Shown: positions 31,601 through 41,586 of the stretch, one piece after another
Position numbering within the stretch: position 1 is the stretch's first letter
How the letters are laid out: each line of letters opens with the position of its first letter
Virus record (IMG/VR): IMGVR_UViG_3300023210_000036
Coordinates: 1-60,504 of that record
Reading direction: 5' to 3' (one strand)
Origin: a virus
Lineage: Duplodnaviria > Caudoviricetes
Length of the DNA stretch: 60,504 nt
Made by a program: the position numbers and the translations under genes
Notes under the pieces: model-generated
Seen by the model: only the letters and a program-made list of their open reading frames with translations
What the model was told of the DNA's origin: nothing
Database searches by the model: none

Positions 31601-32794
31601 GGTTACTGCACCCCCAACAGTTAAATCATCTGTAGTGCTATTAAATGTTAATCCTGTATCACTTATAATGTTAGATGCACTATTCCAAAAAGCTACTCTC
31701 CCAGATGAACCACTACCTGTTACATTACCTACTTGTGTGTTATCAATTTTAGTCCATGTAGTATGAAATACCGCCCAATCTCCGACTTCCCAATCTGTTT
31801 CTCCATTTAAATTAGTTGAACCAGCTACAGATACTATATAATAATACCCTGAAGTTCCTGATGATGATGTTAGGGTTGGTGAATTTGTATTTGCATTCCA
31901 AGGTCCTTGGTAAGATAATACTCCTGTTACAGCTGTATTAATAGCAGTTTGAATTTGAGCACCAGTTGCTAATGCAGCAGAACCACTACTAACTGTAGCT
32001 GTTACTGGTGTTAATGTTTTTGCTGTTGTTCCAGCAGAAGCTAAAGTAGAACTATTCCCAGTTGCAACGGTGTTTACTTGTCCTGTATCTCCAGTTGTTA
32101 CTGCTGTTACCCTTCCATATGCATCTACTGTAATATTATCTATCTTAGTACTATTTGATGTAGAACCATAACTTCCAGCTCCAACACCACCAGTTGCCAT
32201 GTTGATAGTAATTGTTTCATTAGTACCCTGATTAGTTGTAAAGTCACCACCAGTAGTTAAATTTGTACCTGCAGATATAGTTATTGTTGCATCATTTACT
32301 GTAGGTAAAGATGCAGAGGTTATAAAGTTTGCATCATTATTAAATATACTTAGACCTATTTCATTAGCTGCTTTTCTTCTTTGTGCACTACTATCTAATA
32401 CAATAAACTCATCTGTACCAGTCATTGCTGCAGTCATATCTGTAAATTCAGATAAATCTAAACTAAGTGAAGTAGCGCCAGAATCTAAACCAGCACTTAA
32501 TGTAATTTCAGTTAAATCTAATGTAACAGCAAATGTAGAATTACCAGCTTGATTAGCTGTAAATGTAGCACCACCATTAAGTCCTGTATTGGTAGTCATA
32601 GTGAGTGTACCATTACCCGCTGATGGTAAGGCAACCCAGTCCACAGTTGATCCTGTAGTACTAAGTACTTGACCTGACGTTCCGGCAGATCCATTAATAT
32701 CAAGCAATGTACCGCCCGCTTCTAAACTTACCGCTGTAGATATATTATTTCCAGATATATCCAATAACCTTTGTGTTCCTGTTACTGTAGCCAT
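28649..32794 (-). CDS. Long tail fibre with C-terminal peptidase S74 intramolecular chaperone (1381 aa)
   Basis: T/G/S-rich repeats; SDERLK...ALDKINSLEG...VGLSAQ...LPEAV...VDYSKLVPLLIEAVKEL. Confidence 0.9.
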   Translation of the reverse strand: MATVTGTQRLLDISGNNISTAVSLEAGGTLLDINGSAGTSGQVLSTTGSTVDWVALPSAGNGTLTMTTNTGLNGGATFTANQAGNSTFAVTLDLTEITLSAGLDSGATSLSLDLSEFTDMTAAMTGTDEFIVLDSSAQRRKAANEIGLSIFNNDANFITSASLPTVNDATITISAGTNLTTGGDFTTNQGTNETITINMATGGVGAGSYGSTSNSTKIDNITVDAYGRVTAVTTGDTGQVNTVATGNSSTLASAGTTAKTLTPVTATVSSGSAALATGAQIQTAINTAVTGVLSYQGPWNANTNSPTLTSSSGTSGYYYIVSVAGSTNLNGETDWEVGDWAVFHTTWTKIDNTQVGNVTGSGSSGRVAFWNSASNIISDTGLTFNSTTDDLTVGGAVTWSGGGSTESNSAYDNMITGFSDSGSSTITLTLTQQDAGTLTTSFSNPQGTVTSVTAGAGMTQTGTSTTNPTLDVVGGAGITANANNIQVDATVIRTTGNQNLANTKTFTSAIIVPTMTNTDNSTNAASTAFVKNQNYATSSGVTSVGTSGTVSGLTLTGGTITSTGTITLGGTLSLTSANVTSGLGFTPYNATNPANYTSNLGTTTASNTQTFTNKSGSNNQWTNDAGYITSASLPTVNNSTITVTTGTGLDGATSFTLNQAAAQTIALSLDLNELGAGGTLIATDSLVAVNGTTNNKQLISSIPLSIFNNNLGWTTNTGTTTASNTQTFTNKSGNISQWTNDSGYTTNLGDITAVTAGTGLTGGGTSGGVTVNVDYAGSGNLVDGAGAGTTITTLDKILYEDNTDTTVKEIAISSLIALAPQGDITGVTAGAGISGGGTSGTVTVTNSDKGSSQNIFKNIAVSGQSTVVADSNNDTLTLVAAGGMTITTDVSTDTITFNPNDDNSNYYVSGASYSGGTLTLTRNGLSNLTATGFPTNNNQLTNGEGYTTNTGTTTASNTQTFTNKSGNISQWTNDSGYATANTNIGSINLSVPAATSRTLTLGSSSTLSILNSSGGYLSIFSAGNTYFGTDVIVAAASTTASLLKLRGISSNGTTAISLRAPDTFATGATYILPQLPGSANKVLSSTTTGTMSWVAGGGTVTSVGTGQGLTGGTFTGSGTVSPDYAGGSNIILATTDATGTTLDVNDKLLYSDGAEDVLFCNVDDLPFSTTPSDVGLSSISSNGNVITGQLVVTSNAFLQGSVTVSSTLYVPAAIAHTGDTTTKMEFTTGQWTVSTSGSQRLQCSSSYTRVNQDFVCTGNITAYFSDERLKTKTGNIENALDKINSLEGFTYVENDLAKSLGFDNKKQQVGLSAQSVNAVLPEAVGLAPIDYLEDELNDDGEYISKSGKDYLTVDYSKLVPLLIEAVKELTSEVADLKRKLK
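29871..31005 (-). repeat. Three dispersed ~30-aa repeats within the tail fibre
   Basis: GTTTASNTQTFTNKSGxxxQWTNDxGY at about 29871-29960, 30563-30655 and 30915-31005. Confidence 0.85.
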
Positions 32795-32795
32795 A

Positions 32796-34535
32796 TTATA
32801 TTTTTTTGCCTTTTAGTTTAAATCTTGTCATTCTATTCTTTATAGACGGATTCATTTCTGAAGCATACTTTGTTCCAAAAGTAATAAAATCTTTTTCATA
32901 ACCCATTTTATAAGCATTTTTTGAAACATCTCCTGAGCCACTCACTTTGCAAAGTAATGTATTTCCTGATGAAGAAAAGTTATGTTCTGCTGTTTCTGTT
33001 CCACTATATGACTCCCAAGTTGTTCCGTCATCGTTAGATACAAAAAATGATAAAGTGCACCCGGAGGGTGTAAAATAATCTGGTCTATTCCAAAATACAA
33101 AATCTATATTAGCTGAATTAGCCAATGTATAATCACCATACTTTATTGTCCAATTTGCAATTAACTCATTTTTATATGTATCACTCCAAATTCTAAATGC
33201 ATGCCCATCTGCTCCATACCCTACTTGAACCCACCATGCAGTTCCATTATCCGAATACATCCTTACTATTGGAGTTCCATAATCACTTCTATATGACCTA
33301 CCTCTACCTAAAGAAGTAGTATCTTCGGTTGTACTTTCATATCTGTAAAGGGATACTATTCTATTATTGTCTTCATCAACCCATCCAGGATTCATGGCCC
33401 TACCTCTATCACCCGATGTTGGTATAAAGTCAGGATAGCCAACCATTTTATCCGTAGGTTGATTAGCTGTTGCGGATTGATATTTTGTGCCTACTCTAAA
33501 TTGAATTTCATACTGATTACCAGGTGTAGTACTGTTTACATACCTTTGTGTTATTACAGTGGCTGTATTACCAGAAAAACATGGCGTAACATTAACCTTA
33601 GTTATTCTAGAATTTGTCCCTACCCAAAATACATTTGGAGCATTTACTGGATCTGGTATAAACCAACCTTGTTCATAACCATCATCTCCTTGTCCTGCAT
33701 CACCCATATCACACCATACAGTCTTTGGACTTGCTGTTGAGGCATCTACAACTAATATAAAATTTGCGTTATAATAATAACCATATAAAACTCTATCATT
33801 AACCTCATCATACATCATCCAGTTTCTATAACCATTTCTATCTTGTGCTGCTGAACCGGAGTACATTACATTAGTATCATCTGTTTCTAATCTTTCTTCA
33901 TCACCTGTGTTTAGATTTCTACGCATTACTTTTTTGTAATGATGTGAATCATGATCACCGGCATATATCCATTCTCCTGCTGCTACTAAACCACTAAAAT
34001 AAGATGAACCAACTCTATTAACATATCCACCAGCAGTGTCTTGTGAACCTATAAATACATCTGGATTACTATGTGTAGGTCTTGCATCTTTAACAAATGT
34101 AGTCCCACCATCAACCAAACCACTATAATCAAAAGTAGTATAACCTTCAACATTATATGTCATCGCCACCCCCAACTTATTTACTTTGTCTATAGCTACT
34201 GAAGTTATATGATTATATGTTGTTGATGTATCTCTCCATAGAAATTGACTTTCGTAATACAGCCTTGTCATTGATCCGTCATTATTTAATCTTCTAACGG
34301 CAAATCCATCCCCCCATCCAACGGTAAATATTAAATCACCATCAATTTCATAGCCGTTAGTAAAACCAATAACCCTATCTCCACCATCGTACTCCCCACT
34401 ACCACTACTAATAGTTGTATTGCTCATACCCCTTTTAGACACAGGAACAATAGCAATTTGACCACCGTAGTCACTTGCTGCACATCCCACAATGGTCTGT
34501 ATATCTGCTCTTTCTATGCTAATTGATTTATACAT
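32796..34535 (-). CDS. Putative beta-propeller receptor-binding/tail protein (579 aa)
   Basis: Aromatic/Asp-rich beta-strand pattern; Asp-box-like FVSNDDGTTW; lies between fibre genes. Confidence 0.5.
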   Translation of the reverse strand: MYKSISIERADIQTIVGCAASDYGGQIAIVPVSKRGMSNTTISSGSGEYDGGDRVIGFTNGYEIDGDLIFTVGWGDGFAVRRLNNDGSMTRLYYESQFLWRDTSTTYNHITSVAIDKVNKLGVAMTYNVEGYTTFDYSGLVDGGTTFVKDARPTHSNPDVFIGSQDTAGGYVNRVGSSYFSGLVAAGEWIYAGDHDSHHYKKVMRRNLNTGDEERLETDDTNVMYSGSAAQDRNGYRNWMMYDEVNDRVLYGYYYNANFILVVDASTASPKTVWCDMGDAGQGDDGYEQGWFIPDPVNAPNVFWVGTNSRITKVNVTPCFSGNTATVITQRYVNSTTPGNQYEIQFRVGTKYQSATANQPTDKMVGYPDFIPTSGDRGRAMNPGWVDEDNNRIVSLYRYESTTEDTTSLGRGRSYRSDYGTPIVRMYSDNGTAWWVQVGYGADGHAFRIWSDTYKNELIANWTIKYGDYTLANSANIDFVFWNRPDYFTPSGCTLSFFVSNDDGTTWESYSGTETAEHNFSSSGNTLLCKVSGSGDVSKNAYKMGYEKDFITFGTKYASEMNPSIKNRMTRFKLKGKKI

Positions 34536-34684
34536 TGTTCTATTTCAAATTTAAGTAGTTGTATCATTTCATCATTAAACCCATATCCAGGTTGCATTAA
34601 AAATTCTTCTTGTAAAGCCAATTCATATTCAGCTAAACAATTTAACCAATATTCTCTATCTGTATCTGGTTCCATTATATCCAT
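34514..34684 (-). CDS. Small acidic hypothetical protein (56 aa)
   Basis: Below the ORF-track cutoff; MDIMEPDTDREYWLNCLAEYELALQEEFLMQPGYGFNDEMIQLLKFEIEQCINQLA fills the gap between two genes. Confidence 0.6.
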   Translation of the reverse strand: MDIMEPDTDREYWLNCLAEYELALQEEFLMQPGYGFNDEMIQLLKFEIEQCINQLA

Positions 34685-34685
34685 T

Positions 34686-36131
34686 TTAAGTTGTTGTTAT
34701 TTCAACCCAAAACTGGTGATAATTACTACTGGTATTTACATCTCTCATATAAGATGCATTTTGTCCACTGTATACTAATATTGCATTTGCTCTTAGTAAT
34801 GCCCCTAGAGTTGTTGTTGAGTCCATCCATATTTCTATATGATCAATAAATCTTGATATAGGTTTTTCATACTGCACATAATAAGCTGTATTTAAATTTA
34901 TAACTGTCATATTTGTAACTGACAAAGCACCAACTGTATAAACTTTGCTTACTGTACCAGCAGTAGAATAAAGCCCGCCTTTTACAGCAAATACACGGTA
35001 AGACATTGTACCTCCAGTTGTAAAGGTTGTATCTACTACTGTCATAGTAGCTGAAAAATCTGTTGGAGTTATTTGAGCTATAAGACCATAATCTCCACCA
35101 TCATCTGAAGACCATACTTGATAGTAACCTATATCTGTTGTTGAAGACTGATTAAACTGTATCTCTATAGTTTCGCCTACAATAGTAGCAACTAAACTTC
35201 CGGGTGTTGCAGGAGTGGCCGGTGCAACATATGTTGGAACCCAAGAAGCTGTTAATGTACCACCATCCTGCTGGGTAGCTGTTAGTGTTTTAGTAGCTAC
35301 ACCCGTTACAGCCAGTAATGTAATTGTATCATCATAAGCACTATTCCACTCTGTTGAGTTACCCCCTGCTGCATATATAATATTTGGTACATAGAAACTG
35401 TTTCCATTAAAAGTAAAACCGTTTGTACTTGTTATTCCGCTTGCTGAATTCCAATAAGCCACCCTTTGATTAACACCAGATCCTGTTACTGTACCTTGTG
35501 GTACACCAGACACTGCGGTATCTACATAAGTTTTAGTTGCCCCATCTTGTGCTGATGTTGGATCTACTAAATTTGTTATTCTTGCTTGTGAATTAAGATC
35601 TAATTGAGTTGCATTTCTTAATCTTAATTTATCATCAGTAGTATCGTCAATTGTATCTAAATAAACAGTTGTTGAACCATTAAATATAAGTCCTTCACCT
35701 GGATCATTAAAAGATAATTGATTAACTCCGGTTATATTATAATTAGAACCACTAACACCTCCATTAGCATTTGTTAATCCGTCTATACCCCCATCTGCAC
35801 CTATCTTACCAGTAAAACTTTTAACACCGGCTACACTTTGATTAGTGCTTAAATCAACATATCTACCATCTAAATTTTGGGAAAGGGTAGATAGACCAAC
35901 ACGCACTAGAGTAAGTGCGCCAGTGGATGTATTAAACCCCGTACTCGTTACATAATAATCAGTGGAGCTTGTTCCTGCACCTATATAGGATAGTAGAGTG
36001 GCACCTGTAACATATTTTATTACACCACCATCTGACATTAAAAATTTATCTGTATCAGAACCTATTACTGATATTGTAGATACTGTTAATTCTCCAGTTA
36101 TACTTTGGGATGATAAAAATTTTATTGCCAT
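34686..36131 (-). CDS. Tail fibre protein with FN3-like C-terminal domains
   Basis: ITNLVDPTSAQDGATKTYVD stalk motif; YYQVWSSDDG...SYRVFAV; shares modules with the 1381-aa fibre. Confidence 0.7.
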   Translation of the reverse strand: MAIKFLSSQSITGELTVSTISVIGSDTDKFLMSDGGVIKYVTGATLLSYIGAGTSSTDYYVTSTGFNTSTGALTLVRVGLSTLSQNLDGRYVDLSTNQSVAGVKSFTGKIGADGGIDGLTNANGGVSGSNYNITGVNQLSFNDPGEGLIFNGSTTVYLDTIDDTTDDKLRLRNATQLDLNSQARITNLVDPTSAQDGATKTYVDTAVSGVPQGTVTGSGVNQRVAYWNSASGITSTNGFTFNGNSFYVPNIIYAAGGNSTEWNSAYDDTITLLAVTGVATKTLTATQQDGGTLTASWVPTYVAPATPATPGSLVATIVGETIEIQFNQSSTTDIGYYQVWSSDDGGDYGLIAQITPTDFSATMTVVDTTFTTGGTMSYRVFAVKGGLYSTAGTVSKVYTVGALSVTNMTVINLNTAYYVQYEKPISRFIDHIEIWMDSTTTLGALLRANAILVYSGQNASYMRDVNTSSNYHQFWVEITTT

Positions 36132-36228
36132 AATTGCGTTTATGTATTGCTAAGATAAGGGTTTAAGGTAAAAAGGGAGCACAAAATATATATTATTTAA
36201 GTGCCCCCTCTTACCCTTAATTTTTAAT

Positions 36229-38502
36229 TTACCAAACTTTTGACATCACAACTCTAATATAATTTATTGCAACCGAACTTGAGGTGCTCATAGATATAAG
36301 ACCTGATGATGGATTTGCCGTTGTTTTTAAAAATACTTGTTCACCTGTAGATGCTATATATGTTTGAATTATCCATTGTCCAGAAGTCCCCAACCCATGA
36401 GTACCAGCCGCAATAGTCCATGATGACCCTGCTACGGCAGGAAATGTACTAGTATATGTTGTACTAGCTAAAACAGATGGTGTAACTGCAGTAAGATCAT
36501 CTGTTCCAGCAAGAGCAAGAGCATCTGTAGATAATTTAATAATACCCAGTGTACTTTCCGTTGCTTGGGCATATGTTGTATTTGTTGGTGTTGCCCAAGT
36601 ACCATTCCCTTTTAAGAAGGTAGAAGTAGTACCCCCGCTTGGTACATAACCCACCTTATTTGTTCCACCATATACATTAGATGTTAAGGTTAATTGAGTT
36701 CCTGAAATACTAGGTGTTAATGGTACAGTTTGTCCACTTCCAGTAGCTGCAACAACAGAAACAAGACCTGTATCATCATTTACCCATGGTACGTTAACTA
36801 CTAGTTGACCGCTGGCATTGTTAGTAACACCGTATGTTCTGTTAGCCGTTGTTGTTTGTGATTGAGCTGTGGGTGTAGAGCCAGTAGTGTATCTTAATTT
36901 ACCTAAACCAAGAGTAGAGGTGGTCATGGTAGTATAGGTGGTATTAGTACCTGTTATAGTAAGTGTACCACCTGACATTGCTGTTGAAACAGAACCAGAA
37001 CCAGCTATAGTTAATGTAGCTGTAGGACTGCCAGCAGAAGATCCTCCCGTATCTCCATTAATAGTTTTCCAAAGATCTTGAACTATGTTTGGAGAAGTGT
37101 TGGTTAATGTTGCCACACCTGCAACAGTGTTGGAAGATATACCAGTCCCTGTCGGGTTTACATACATTAAACCAACTGTCGAGTTAGTTGCAAGATCTGT
37201 ATCAGATTGAACAACTATAAAATCACCTTCAACAGAAGTTCCTACAGCAGCGGCTGTTTGAACTATAACTGAATCACCAGGTGTTAGAGGAGTAGCTGTG
37301 TTTCCAAAGAAATTACCAGCTACTGTTACCACATAGTAATCACCAACTGCTACCGCAACTCTCGATCCTCCAGACGTTAAATTACCACCACCAACTATTG
37401 CACCGGTGTTAGCATTAAACCCACCTTTAAATTCTAACAATCCTGTTAGTGAGGACTGAACAAATGCAGTGGTGGCTATTTTTGTACTACTATCTCCAGA
37501 AGCTGGAGTAACAACATAACCATAACCACTACCATCTCTTGCTACAACTTTAGAAGCTGTAGCAGTTGTTGTTCCATCTACATTTACGGTTAATGTCCTA
37601 GTGATTCCAACGGTAGCAAGATTTGTTGTAGCATAAGTACCACCAGCTATGTCAACTACATTACCTTGACTAACTGTAGTTCCAGATCCAGTATCTGCAT
37701 CTAGGTTAAAAGAGGACATCGTACCAGTACCACCCGTATAAGAAATTGTAACGCCTCCACCTCCATTACCTATAGCAGATATATTACTTCCTGCTAGTAT
37801 ACTTATAGTATCACCATCACTTATTGTAGTGTCGGTACCTGAACTACCTGCTAATGTTAATTCATTAAACGGTAAAGCGTTAGTTATCGTTGGTACGGGT
37901 CCGGTAGCATTAGTTATACTTATACCAGCTCCTGCAGTTAATCCAGTTATATCACCTTGAGGAATAGCGGGAAAAGTTGTTAAATTTCCTGCTCCATCAA
38001 TATATTGAGAAGCAGATCCTGCCATTGTAATAGCAAGAGTTCCTGAAGTGGTAACTGCAGAACCTGTGGTAAATGCATTACCTCCGTGAGATATGCCAAC
38101 GCTTTCTACTGTACCAGTATTAGTTGTAGCATCTGTTGTAACTGTAAGAGTATTTGATGCTCTGGTTACGAGTATACCAGCTGATGATGAACCTGCTCCA
38201 ACTATTAATACATTGTCAAGAGTTCCATCTGATCCATCAAGTTGTACACCTGCTGTACCATTTGTAGAACCAACACCAAATAACTCATATGTAGTGTTAT
38301 CATCTGACCCAGTATCTTCTAAGGATGTCCAAGCACCATCTGCATAAAGTTTTAATTTATTAGTACTAGTGTTAAAATAGATTTGTCCTTCAACCCCTGC
38401 TGGATCAGCACTTAAGTTTTCAATTCTTGGTTTTACAAGTTGATTTTGATTTAAATCTACATTTCCCGTGACATCTAGACCTGTTAGAAATTTAATTGCC
38501 AT
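36229..38502 (-). CDS. Tail fibre protein (757 aa)
   Basis: EGQIYFNT, DSSTKIATTAFV, ATESTLGIIKLST...AVTP motifs; T/G/S-rich. Confidence 0.75.
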   Translation of the reverse strand: MAIKFLTGLDVTGNVDLNQNQLVKPRIENLSADPAGVEGQIYFNTSTNKLKLYADGAWTSLEDTGSDDNTTYELFGVGSTNGTAGVQLDGSDGTLDNVLIVGAGSSSAGILVTRASNTLTVTTDATTNTGTVESVGISHGGNAFTTGSAVTTSGTLAITMAGSASQYIDGAGNLTTFPAIPQGDITGLTAGAGISITNATGPVPTITNALPFNELTLAGSSGTDTTISDGDTISILAGSNISAIGNGGGGVTISYTGGTGTMSSFNLDADTGSGTTVSQGNVVDIAGGTYATTNLATVGITRTLTVNVDGTTTATASKVVARDGSGYGYVVTPASGDSSTKIATTAFVQSSLTGLLEFKGGFNANTGAIVGGGNLTSGGSRVAVAVGDYYVVTVAGNFFGNTATPLTPGDSVIVQTAAAVGTSVEGDFIVVQSDTDLATNSTVGLMYVNPTGTGISSNTVAGVATLTNTSPNIVQDLWKTINGDTGGSSAGSPTATLTIAGSGSVSTAMSGGTLTITGTNTTYTTMTTSTLGLGKLRYTTGSTPTAQSQTTTANRTYGVTNNASGQLVVNVPWVNDDTGLVSVVAATGSGQTVPLTPSISGTQLTLTSNVYGGTNKVGYVPSGGTTSTFLKGNGTWATPTNTTYAQATESTLGIIKLSTDALALAGTDDLTAVTPSVLASTTYTSTFPAVAGSSWTIAAGTHGLGTSGQWIIQTYIASTGEQVFLKTTANPSSGLISMSTSSSVAINYIRVVMSKVW

Positions 38503-38536
38503 AATATTTTTATTTTACTTTGTTATATTTGTATTG

Positions 38537-39073
38537 TTAGTTTAGAAACACACATCCTGAAAATGCTGAATCAAACGTTATCTTTATTACATTACTATTT
38601 ACATAATCTACATTTCCAATTACTATTACAGTATTTCCATCAACAATGGTGACAGATGGATGCTTGCCGAGATTATGTGTTATATTCCAAACAGCCAGAG
38701 GTGTAGTAAAGCACTGAGTGTATGTTCCCCCTGAACTTATTAATGTTGCTAATTCTACTATTGTACAAACATTACTTGGTGTTGCTGGACAAGCTGAACT
38801 TGCTGTTTCATTTATAGGGGCCAATGGAGCAACAAATACACCCTTTACTTCTGTTGAAGCAACGGTCTTATTGCTCTTGCTATATTTCCATTCATATATA
38901 GAATGTGTGATAGCCGCTGATTCATAATTAACAATACAACATGGGGTTATACCAAACTTAACTTCTCTAAATACCATATAAGACTGCTCTGCAAAATTTT
39001 GCTCAACACTTATCCTTTTCTTGAGGGCTAACTCAGCGGTATATATTGCATTAGATCTTTTTGCTATAGCCAT
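38537..39073 (-). CDS. Tail hub/fibre-attachment protein
   Basis: C-terminal WNITHNLGKHPSVTIVD...FSG domain common in phage tail proteins; synteny. Confidence 0.5.
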   Translation of the reverse strand: MAIAKRSNAIYTAELALKKRISVEQNFAEQSYMVFREVKFGITPCCIVNYESAAITHSIYEWKYSKSNKTVASTEVKGVFVAPLAPINETASSACPATPSNVCTIVELATLISSGGTYTQCFTTPLAVWNITHNLGKHPSVTIVDGNTVIVIGNVDYVNSNVIKITFDSAFSGCVFLN

Positions 39074-39074
39074 C

Positions 39075-39260
39075 TTATCTGTTTCTTAAATCTTGAATTT
39101 TTTGTCTTGCTATTTCTAAATTTAAATCTTTAACTGCAGGTTGTGCAGCTTGTGAGTTATTATAGTCATTAGCACATGTCTTATGAATATTTACTCCGTT
39201 TCCTACTGAATGTTTTTGGCATCCACAAGTAAAGGGTTTATTACATTGTACACAATTCAT
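39075..39260 (-). CDS. Small Cys/His-rich (Zn-binding) protein
   Basis: CxxC...CGC...HKTC. Confidence 0.55.
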   Translation of the reverse strand: MNCVQCNKPFTCGCQKHSVGNGVNIHKTCANDYNNSQAAQPAVKDLNLEIARQKIQDLRNR

Positions 39261-39270
39261 TTTTTTGGTT

Positions 39271-39846
39271 TTAAATTATATATGGGTTGGAACCTCCACA
39301 ATTTCCTGAAGGACAACTTATTTTATTTAATCTTTGTTTAGCATATCTATAAAGCTGCATTCCTTTAGCAGACGATTGGCAATATTCTACATTTGCAACA
39401 GCTGCATCAATCATGGTTTTAATAAAACTCATTTCACTTAATACATCTTGTCTTTGAGAATCTGGTTGACATGCTTGCACATCTATATCACATAATACTT
39501 GATAATACTCTGTAAGCAAAAGTGTGACTCTTAAATGATTATACTCTACAAATACTTTTTCGTTAGGAGACACACTATATCTAATAATATATATTCCATC
39601 TGTAAGGTTTTGCTGTTCTGTTCCACACAGCTCTGTTTGAGTACCTATTACACATGCATTTAAGCACATATCAAAATCTTTCTCAACTTTGGTTAGAACT
39701 GGAACAGAGTAACCAGGGAGTGTTATTAATAACTCTTCGCAGTCAACGGCAAGTTCAGGAGCATATTGACTAGTATCTTTAATACATAAAAGTCCACAGT
39801 TTGACACAGTGGGTATTTCTAAACTTAATATATGCTTATCTGCCAT
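39271..39846 (-). CDS. Putative tail hub protein
   Basis: LTDGIYIIRYSVSP motif; follows the auxiliary capsid gene. Confidence 0.45.
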   Translation of the reverse strand: MADKHILSLEIPTVSNCGLLCIKDTSQYAPELAVDCEELLITLPGYSVPVLTKVEKDFDMCLNACVIGTQTELCGTEQQNLTDGIYIIRYSVSPNEKVFVEYNHLRVTLLLTEYYQVLCDIDVQACQPDSQRQDVLSEMSFIKTMIDAAVANVEYCQSSAKGMQLYRYAKQRLNKISCPSGNCGGSNPYII

Positions 39847-39910
39847 GATTTATGAGTTTATTACTCTATATATATAATATACAAAAAAAACTAGATATTA
39901 TAAAATAAAA

Positions 39911-39936
39911 AGAGCAGGAGTTTTACGTCCTGCTCT
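39911..39936 (-). terminator. Rho-independent terminator
   Basis: AGAGCAGGA/TCCTGCTCT stem plus U-tract after the 492-aa gene. Confidence 0.8.
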
Positions 39937-39981
39937 AATTCATTTAAAAGTGTAAACTTTTAACGTAACCGTTTATTACAG

Positions 39982-41460
39982 TTATCCATCAATTGTTTCC
40001 ATTGCAATATTCTGTCCAGCAGCAACTGCTAGTGCAACCAATCTGTCTAAGATAGCTTCAACTGCTGTTTTTGCAGCTGTTTCAGAATCCTTAACAAAAA
40101 TTTGGTAAACATATTGGTCATGATCAAACACACCACTTGGGTTGTTGAATCTTGGAACAACGTGTTGTACATAGTAAGCTTTATAGACAGCTGATCTAGT
40201 TACAAAATCAAGTAAATCATCAGACATTTCAATCTCTCTAATTCTAGCACTGTCTGCGTTTCCTTGATTATAAGGAGACTGACGGTATCTTTCAGATAAG
40301 ATTAAAGCTCTAATTACTTCTTCACCTTGAGTTTGTTGCATTTGACCAGGAGTCCTAGCAGCAGTACCACAATCATTACAAGGATTTCCAGTTTCATCTA
40401 GAATGCTTGCAATAATTTCAACTGGCTCTGCATTATAGTGATCTCTAGTATCAAATGAACAGTTACCAAATTTAGTGTCTACGTAAGCTCCAACCCAGTG
40501 AACTATGGCACTAACTTTAGAAGTTCCATTAGGATCTGTTGATGCAGTATAGTTTCCAGCAGATGCGGTACCTTTTGCCTGAGCAATAGTATACGATGAT
40601 TGAACAACTTGTCCAGCAGCATCTGTTACAGATACAACTACACCACCCGCTCCAACTGCATCAATTGTAATAGTACCAGCACTACCACCAGATTGAACAA
40701 CTGTAAGTACATCACCAGCAGCATATCCTGAACCTACAGCGGCTATAGAATATGTAGCTATTGCACCAGTAGAAACAGTGAGAATGTTAATTTTAGCACC
40801 AGATCCACCAGATGGAGAAACAGTGGTAGCAAGTCCATCAGCAACAGTGTAACCAGCACCACCGGCAAGTGCAGTACTTGTAGCAACACCACCGAGAGCT
40901 GCTTCAGCAACAAATGGTTTGATTAATGGATTCATTAAGACCATATCAGCTTCAGTAGCAAGTACTAATGCAGGATCTAAATATTCTTGTCCATCAACGC
41001 AACAAATGTTTGCAGAATCACCAATAGCATACGCATTGTGATTTAAGAAACGAAGTGCAGGAGAACCTTTTACATCCATTCTCATGAATTGCGTAGTTCC
41101 ACATGGAACGCATGCTGATCCCAATGATAAAGATGCAGTAGCTGCAGTTGCAGTTCGCGCAGGAACTTCCCAAACTCTTTGGATATATTTTGGGTTAATT
41201 CCTTTAGACTTTACAGATTCTTTGTATCCCCCATGTCCTGGATTGTTTCCAATTGAATCTTTGTCATAAAGTGATCCTTGAACTAAATAAGCTAAAGAAT
41301 TTGCTGGGATTGTTCCTCCTACAGCAGCGATAGTTTCCCAATCTGAGTCAACTACCAATCCTAGTTCACCTTTAGCAAGTGATTGTGTAGCAGTTCCCGC
41401 AGCTGTATCAGCGGCATTTACTACAAACGTTTTGAAAAACGCATTATTAAAATAAGCCAT
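39982..41460 (-). CDS. Putative auxiliary capsid/structural protein (492 aa)
   Basis: Own promoter motif and terminator suggest high expression; HVVPRFNNPSGVFD; position after MCP and ring genes. Confidence 0.55.
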   Translation of the reverse strand: MAYFNNAFFKTFVVNAADTAAGTATQSLAKGELGLVVDSDWETIAAVGGTIPANSLAYLVQGSLYDKDSIGNNPGHGGYKESVKSKGINPKYIQRVWEVPARTATAATASLSLGSACVPCGTTQFMRMDVKGSPALRFLNHNAYAIGDSANICCVDGQEYLDPALVLATEADMVLMNPLIKPFVAEAALGGVATSTALAGGAGYTVADGLATTVSPSGGSGAKINILTVSTGAIATYSIAAVGSGYAAGDVLTVVQSGGSAGTITIDAVGAGGVVVSVTDAAGQVVQSSYTIAQAKGTASAGNYTASTDPNGTSKVSAIVHWVGAYVDTKFGNCSFDTRDHYNAEPVEIIASILDETGNPCNDCGTAARTPGQMQQTQGEEVIRALILSERYRQSPYNQGNADSARIREIEMSDDLLDFVTRSAVYKAYYVQHVVPRFNNPSGVFDHDQYVYQIFVKDSETAAKTAVEAILDRLVALAVAAGQNIAMETIDG

Positions 41461-41586
41461 AATTTATAAGTATTTATGCAAGGACTATTACCCCCGCTAG
41501 TTATATAGATGATTTTTACAGTTTACTCTGTTCGTAACATAAGCGTTACTATAATAATATACTAATTGTATATTAGAATACCAAAT

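Noticed and set aside
28649-38502. Diversity-generating retroelement or invertible shufflon acting on the fibres
   Set aside because: No reverse transcriptase or recombinase in the window; repeat copies differ at synonymous positions rather than at adenines only.
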